Source: Lingula anatina
Lineage: Eukaryota > Animalia > Brachiopoda
Assembly (NCBI GenBank): GCA_051362555.1
Contig: CM120649.1
Coordinates: 11,470,001-11,534,000, forward strand
DNA length: 64,000 nucleotides
Direction of reading: 5' to 3'
Made by a program: the position numbers and the translations under genes. The notes beneath the pieces are model-generated. The model did no database searches and was not told where the DNA came from. It worked only from the letters and a program-made list of their open reading frames with translations. Below, one piece after another: positions 63,001 through 64,000 of this stretch. Position 1 is the stretch's first letter. Every line of letters begins with the position of its first letter.

Positions 63001-63807
63001 TTTTTAATAACCAAAATTAATTTGTATGAGCAGACGCTATGTGTCTGGATATTTATTGAAAGCTCTTTATCTTTCTCAATGATTTTCTTCCCAGTACACC
63101 AAGCCTGTTGAAATAGAAGAGAAGACAGTTGGGAAACATGAAAGACAGAAAAAGAGAAAGATGACAGATGAGGAGATATTGGAAAAACTACGCACCATTG
63201 TCACCGTAGGAGATCCAATTAGAAAATACACCAAAATGGAGAAAATTGGACAAGGGTAAGATTCTAGGCATTTATATATCAAATGGTTTGCTGTCAGGTG
63301 TCAGTTATATTATCAATATATTCATAATATTTAATATATACTAAAATAAAATACATTTCTGTACATAATGGTCTGCAACATGTCACAGTTTGTATGTTCT
63401 GAAAGTTAACATAATTGATTCAGAATTAGTTTTAGTTTCCTATTGCTGTCATATAATTTGCATAATACATATATTCATTTTGCACTTATTGTCACTACAT
63501 TTTCATAAAATTTACATATTGCTGGACGTGTATCATGACACATGGCTGGTGTATTTTGTCACGACACATGGCTGGCGTGTTTTATCATGACCTTGACTTT
63601 CCTTAACTTCCTAATTTCAGAGCCTCTGGTACTGTGTACATTGCTGTAGAGGTCGCCACTGGGCGTGAGGTCGCCATCAAAAGGATGAATCTGTCACAGC
63701 AGCCAAAGAAAGAGTTAATTATCAATGAAATTCTGGTGATGAGAGAAAATAAAAATCCCAACATTGTCAACTACTTAGACAGTTACTTATTAGGGGAAGA
63801 ATTATGG
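55133..63807 (+). CDS. PAK1: Group I p21-activated kinase (PAK1/2/3 ortholog), 5' part; continues beyond window
   Basis: Exons 55133-55200 (Nck site [10 protein letters not shown]), 58213-58301, 58823-58923 ([20 protein letters not shown]), 59260-59422 (autoinhibitory [10 protein letters not shown]), either 60139-60182 or 61227-61291, 62683-62778 (PIX site [14 protein letters not shown]), 63095-63255 and 63621-63807 ([17 protein letters not shown]). Confidence 0.93.
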
Positions 63808-64000
63808 GTAAGTGAGAATGAACCAGTGGTTTATGAAGAGTAAACATGTAAGTAAAAGACCCAGGGACTTAATTTTGTAATTGAAATGAATACACCACTA
63901 AGCACTGATTAGGTTCATTCATGGATTTCTATTAAACTTAATTATAATTCTCTTTGATAACTATGCTTCTAATATAGTCAGAGCTTCATGCCTGATTTCA

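Noticed and set aside
63532-63591. Short ~26-bp tandem duplication near a PAK acceptor
   Set aside because: About two copies in an intron; nothing suggests a function.

Overview
AT-rich, intron-containing animal DNA. Gene content (ficolin-type FReDs, single-exon TLR, FAMeT-like domain, membrane-anchored FkbM) suggests a lophotrochozoan, probably a mollusc; this is inference. I rebuilt seven genes by hand from GT-AG boundaries and exon phase. (1-2) A head-to-head inverted pair of secreted signal peptide-PAN/apple-FN3-fibrinogen (FBG) genes, the left copy running off the window, with a decayed C2H2 zinc-finger gene between them. (3) A ~1215-aa type I membrane mosaic protein on the minus strand: CUB-CUB-FAMeT-like-CUB-2x WSC-like-mucin-3x Sushi-TM. 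One of its introns holds a nested Tc1 > long-TIR DNA transposon > LINE stack. (4) A YitH-type double-GNAT acetyltransferase with a frameshift. (5) A type II membrane FkbM-family methyltransferase. (6) A single-exon Toll-like receptor with a GQ insertion in its TIR domain and an IRF/AP-1 motif cluster upstream. (7) The 5' part of a group I PAK kinase with a candidate pair of mutually exclusive duplicated micro-exons and an intronic stem between them. Several MITE families, a Helitron-type element, minisatellites and microsatellites are also present. All assignments come from motif recognition; no database searches were run.
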